This document shows positions 59,900-64,000 of a stretch of DNA of 64,000 nt, one piece after another; the stretch's first letter is position 1; each line of letters opens with the position of its first letter. A model generated the notes under the pieces. It did not search any database, had not been told where the DNA came from, and saw only the letters and a program-made list of their open reading frames with translations. This stretch comes from Psammoneis japonica (lineage: Eukaryota), in contig QPGO01000015.1 of NCBI GenBank assembly GCA_008632985.1, positions 497,998 through 561,997 on the forward strand, given 5' to 3'. The translations under genes and the position numbers were made by a program.

Positions 59900-62800
59900 T
59901 CGCTGGTCGCTGAGCACTGTTGTCCAATTTTTTGATGCAGTGGCAACATCGCATTCTTGGGCATCTGTGACAACGGCGATGAGTTCATTGGTGTGAAGAA
60001 TTCACCAGCTGCTTTTGCAGTGAGCTGGTGATGATGGCATGCCTGCCACTTCATGAAATCTGCAAGCCAGCACCGCATGTGAGCAAATGCACCAAACTGT
60101 TGGCAATGTCTTGCACACTTTGCTCCATGTTCACCCTCTGCAGAATGTTGGATGATGCTCCAGCTGTGACAGTGCCATGTGTGCACTTTGTGTCATCCCC
60201 TGAACTCTCTCACAATTTCTCCACAAGCTGTGGTGCTCCATTGGGACTTTGTTTTGGATCTGCTGGTGATTGCATGTTTGGCATCTGCTCAAGAGCACTG
60301 TCAAGCCCTCATCAATGCCAACCTTCACAGAGCCAATGTGCTGAGAGATGGTGGTTGCTCAACTTCACAGCTGGTGTGGCCAAGCACTCATCAAGTCCAT
60401 TGACCCCAATGAGAGCTCAAGCTAAGAGCTCATGGTCCATGACCAGCAGTTTGAGCACGTGCCAGTGGTGCTGTGGCTTCTTGTCAACTGGCACTGTGCA
60501 CAGCCCTCAGCACACTGATGCTCAGGTGTGCAAGGAGATGGCTGGGTCTGAGGCTGAAGGTTCTCCCCAACATCTGGCCAGGCTGCCTTTTTCTCCTCAA
60601 ACTGCTTGGAGTTAAATTTGAAGTTGAAACCTTTGGTCTGACATGATTCTCAGATCTTTGAGTGATGCATGGGGGAAACAGCTCAGTGCAGTGCACCCAT
60701 TTTTTTCTGATGTGCCATGTTCAGGGGTGCATTGCTGGCCAGCAGAGAGTGGTGGCAAGGGACTTTGCTTGTTGCAACCTCATCATCACCTCAGTCTCTG
60801 CTTGCAACTTTGTTGCGTTTCTGGTCTTTGTGTCATTTGACCTTGCATTTGTTGTGGGCTTTGGCAGTCACAGTCAGCAAAAAAAGTCTGTTCCCTTGGC
60901 TGTGACTGCAACTTTCTGGGCACTGGCACACCTGATCTCATGGGCCATGCACTGGTGGGCAGGGCAAAGGTTTGAACACAATTCAGAGCCTGCATTGTGC
61001 ACCAGTCATTGCACTGTTTTTGCACTCACCATTGGTCATGAAGCATGCTGAGCACACTTTGACACACCAGTTGCATCTTTTGTGCAAACAATTTCCCACA
61101 CTCTGGTGGTGCACCCTGTGACAGTGTGTTCCAAAAAGAACAAAGAAAAACAATGGAGAGCAGCTTGAGTGAAAAACTGGAGCCCACAGCCAGCGATGCC
61201 AATGAAAAGCATGATGCTGAAGTCATTGTGTGTCAAGCAGTGTTTGTGCATTTTTGAAGCAACTGGAGCATCACAGCAAGAGGCATGAGGAGAAGAAAGC
61301 AGGCCATCACATTTGATCTCACAAGGGTTTTGGAAAACTCAATGGAGTGAAAAACTGCCCTGGGGAGATCTGTGGCAGGAGAAGCTTGGATCTTGTGACT
61401 GGCAGCAGCCATGAAACACCAGCTCAGTTCCATGACATTTTTTTGCTGTTGGCTCCTTGTCACTTGTTTCCTGGTGCCCTGCAGTCCAGTGAAAAATGTG
61501 TTGGCCTCACACCACCACAAGGGCTGCAGTTTCTGCTGAAGGCAATGGAAAAGCACAGCTGTGGCAATTGCAAAGTGCCCACAAAACAAGCACAAGAATC
61601 TGGTTTATCAACACAGCAGCAATTGGTGCTTCTTGTGGTGGTTGAATGTGCAAAACTCTGGGTGGTGGCAACAGCATTGCAACAAATCCTTTGATGGGTG
61701 GTCCTCTTTGTGTGCCGCTTCTTTTGCTCTCATCAGGAGCTTGACACTGAGACAGATGTGAGCACAAAGGCAGCACTCACACTCTCGTCACTCTTGTTGT
61801 TGCCAAAATGCAACAGTCAAGCCAGTGCTGAGTGATGAGATGGGCCACTGCTGCAACTCAGCATGGACAGCTGGCCAGAGCAGGAGTTTGTGAGAAACTG
61901 TCAGCTTGCTGCAACTCCATGTTCAGCGCATCATGTTTCCTTCTTTCAAATGAAGGGCCTCAAACAACTCCAAGACTCATTTGGAAATGACTTTTTGTGC
62001 TCCAAGTCTTTTTGTGCACTGGCCACATTGCAGCTCCATGCAAGATGCAACCTTGTGGAAGTCAGGCCAAACAGTCTTGTGCTGCAAGCTGCTTGCACTC
62101 AAATTGCATCAAAAGCGAGTGTGACAACAGTGTCTTGCCTTTCTTCTTGCAAAACCAATTCTTGCCCATCTCCCAATCTTGTCTTTTTTCAGCTTTTTGT
62201 GTGCCTTTGGTGCTCAATGACAAGCAAAAAAGAATGTCTTCTGCTGTGGAGTGGCTTGAACATGTTGTCGGTGGATTGCACTCCATTTCTTGGCAAGCTG
62301 CAGGGATTGAAGACACAACCTGCATGAGCATGCAGTGATTGCTTCATGGACCCAAACCTTCAGCAGCCACCTGTTGACGTTGAAAGTGGCTGCAGTGCTG
62401 GGGTGAAAGAAACAGGGAAACTCAAAGCCACTCCCCCCAAATGTTTTCAAGGAATGGCATTTGGTTGGGCCACAATTGTCAGAGAGAAATGAAAAAAATG
62501 TGATGGTCATGTGCCCATTGATTTCTGTCATGTTGTTGCAGCATGTGTGGGCACTGTGGACCTTCTTGCAGCAAGCAGCAGTCTGCTTGTGACACCGAGC
62601 CCCATGCCATGTGTAGAGTCTTGCTTTTGAGATGTGTGCTTTGTGTGCCAATGGCATTTGTCAGCTTCTGGTTGATTGCCAAGATGCACGCACTGCGCCA
62701 AAATCTGGGGTCAACACAGAAGAAGGAGAACACCCTGAAGAGAGGTTGAATTGGTGGGTCCATGTCTTCTTCACATTTTTGTGCTTGGCACAGCATGAGG

Positions 62801-64000
62801 AAAACTCTCACTTTTTACACTCTGTGCAGAATTGCAGGCAATGATTGACCCCTTTGCTTGTGACTTTTGTTCTGTTTTGTGGAAGTGCTCCTCCGCTGTC
62901 CATGCCAACAATGCAAGGCAGCAACTGGCTCTGAACTTGTTGCCAACATCTCAGATGCAAGGATTGTTGTGATGTGAAAACAGAGCTCTGACAGCAATGC
63001 GGCACACAGAGATCTCAGACATGACACTTGGACAGATTGCACAAACAGAAATGAGACATTTGAATTGCTCTGTGGTGGAGGAGAAATCCTTCAGAGGCTT
63101 GTTCTTTTCCTTTCTCATGGCAATGATGGCGATCAGCTCAAAAAATAAAGAAAAGCATTTGAGTGTGTGTCACAAAGTTTCAACATCAGGAATTTTGAAA
63201 ACAATGCTGTGGTTGCAGTGCTGACAAAAAGAAGCAAGTTCAGTCATTGAGGTGAGCATGTTGCTTGCCAACAATGGAGCTGTGGAGTGTTCCATGCAAG
63301 TGGATCCAGAGTGAGTTGCCTCTCTTCATGGAGGGTGAGTTGCAGTTTGACACAGTGAGAAAAGCTTGGCTGTCCAACAAAGAGAGCAGCACATCAGGTG
63401 TGCTGCAAGCATGCAACCTTCAGGACAACCTTTTCTGCTTGCCGGTCATGTCATTGAGTTGACAAAGCTGTGGTGGTTGCATTTTGATGCAGCTCATGCT
63501 CTGGGGAATGCAGAGCAACTTGAGTGAAAGGTGCTCAGCAGAGCTTTTCAAGTTGTCAAAGCTTCCAATGGAGGCCACAGGCATTGATTGAGCTTTGAGG
63601 AAGATTTGCTCATTCAACATCCCACGGAGACATGGGCAATCTGATGGGTTCTCCATGTGCCAACACTTTGCAAGCAAAAGATGTCGAAGCTTGGAATGCC
63701 ATCATCTTTGGTGTGGTGACAGACCAAGCAATGAATCCTTGAGAGTCACAAATTGCAACACTGTCCAAGCAGTGTGGGACTCAATGTGGCTGGAACTTGA
63801 AAACAGCCAGCTGTCACCACACCTGGAGTGGCACTGCAAAGGCAAGTCAGGTTCACCACAACAGCTTTCTCTTCTTTTTGGAGATGGTCAGCCTTGTCAG
63901 CTCTAAGTGCTGAGCATTGAGTGCACAGATGCCACTTTGGACCCTCAATGATCTCTTGGTGACTTGAATGTTAGAATGTTGGAGCACTCATTTGGCTCAA
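59900..64000. mobile_element. Heavily decayed CpG/TpA-depleted transposon/repeat island, runs off window end
   Basis: Same signature as the other islands. Family not assignable by eye. Confidence 0.6.

Overview
Gene-dense eukaryotic chromosome segment, most likely a diatom. This rests on short GT-AG introns, bipartite plastid-targeting presequences, a DUF6824-type domain and CoDi-type Ty1/copia remnants. About 18 intact or near-intact protein genes are present: an LRR protein, UTP6, SDA1, two SDRs, an RBR E3, a VOC protein, ACADSB, UFD2, a small acidic protein, an SR-type RRM protein, a thylakoid signal peptidase, a HAT protein, an HhH protein, a nucleoredoxin, TTI1, a Lin0512-family protein and an F-box/WD40/DUF6824 protein. 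These alternate with sharply bounded repeat islands at about 3.1-18.95 kb, 34.2-36.2 kb and 36.9-38.8 kb, 54.2-54.65 kb and 59.9-64 kb. The most striking signal is that the islands have lost almost all CpG and also almost all TpA dinucleotides, both converted to TpG/CpA. The two LTRs of a nested element, a 42-bp tandem array and Tyr->Cys/His changes in conserved copia motifs indicate the direction TA->TG/CA. This is the opposite of fungal RIP and suggests a repeat-targeted, A:T-directed hypermutation process acting alongside 5mC deamination. The island also holds a gag-only LTR element with a 5-bp TSD and a copia family with an extra 3' ORF. Several 1-bp frameshifts in conserved genes look like assembly errors.
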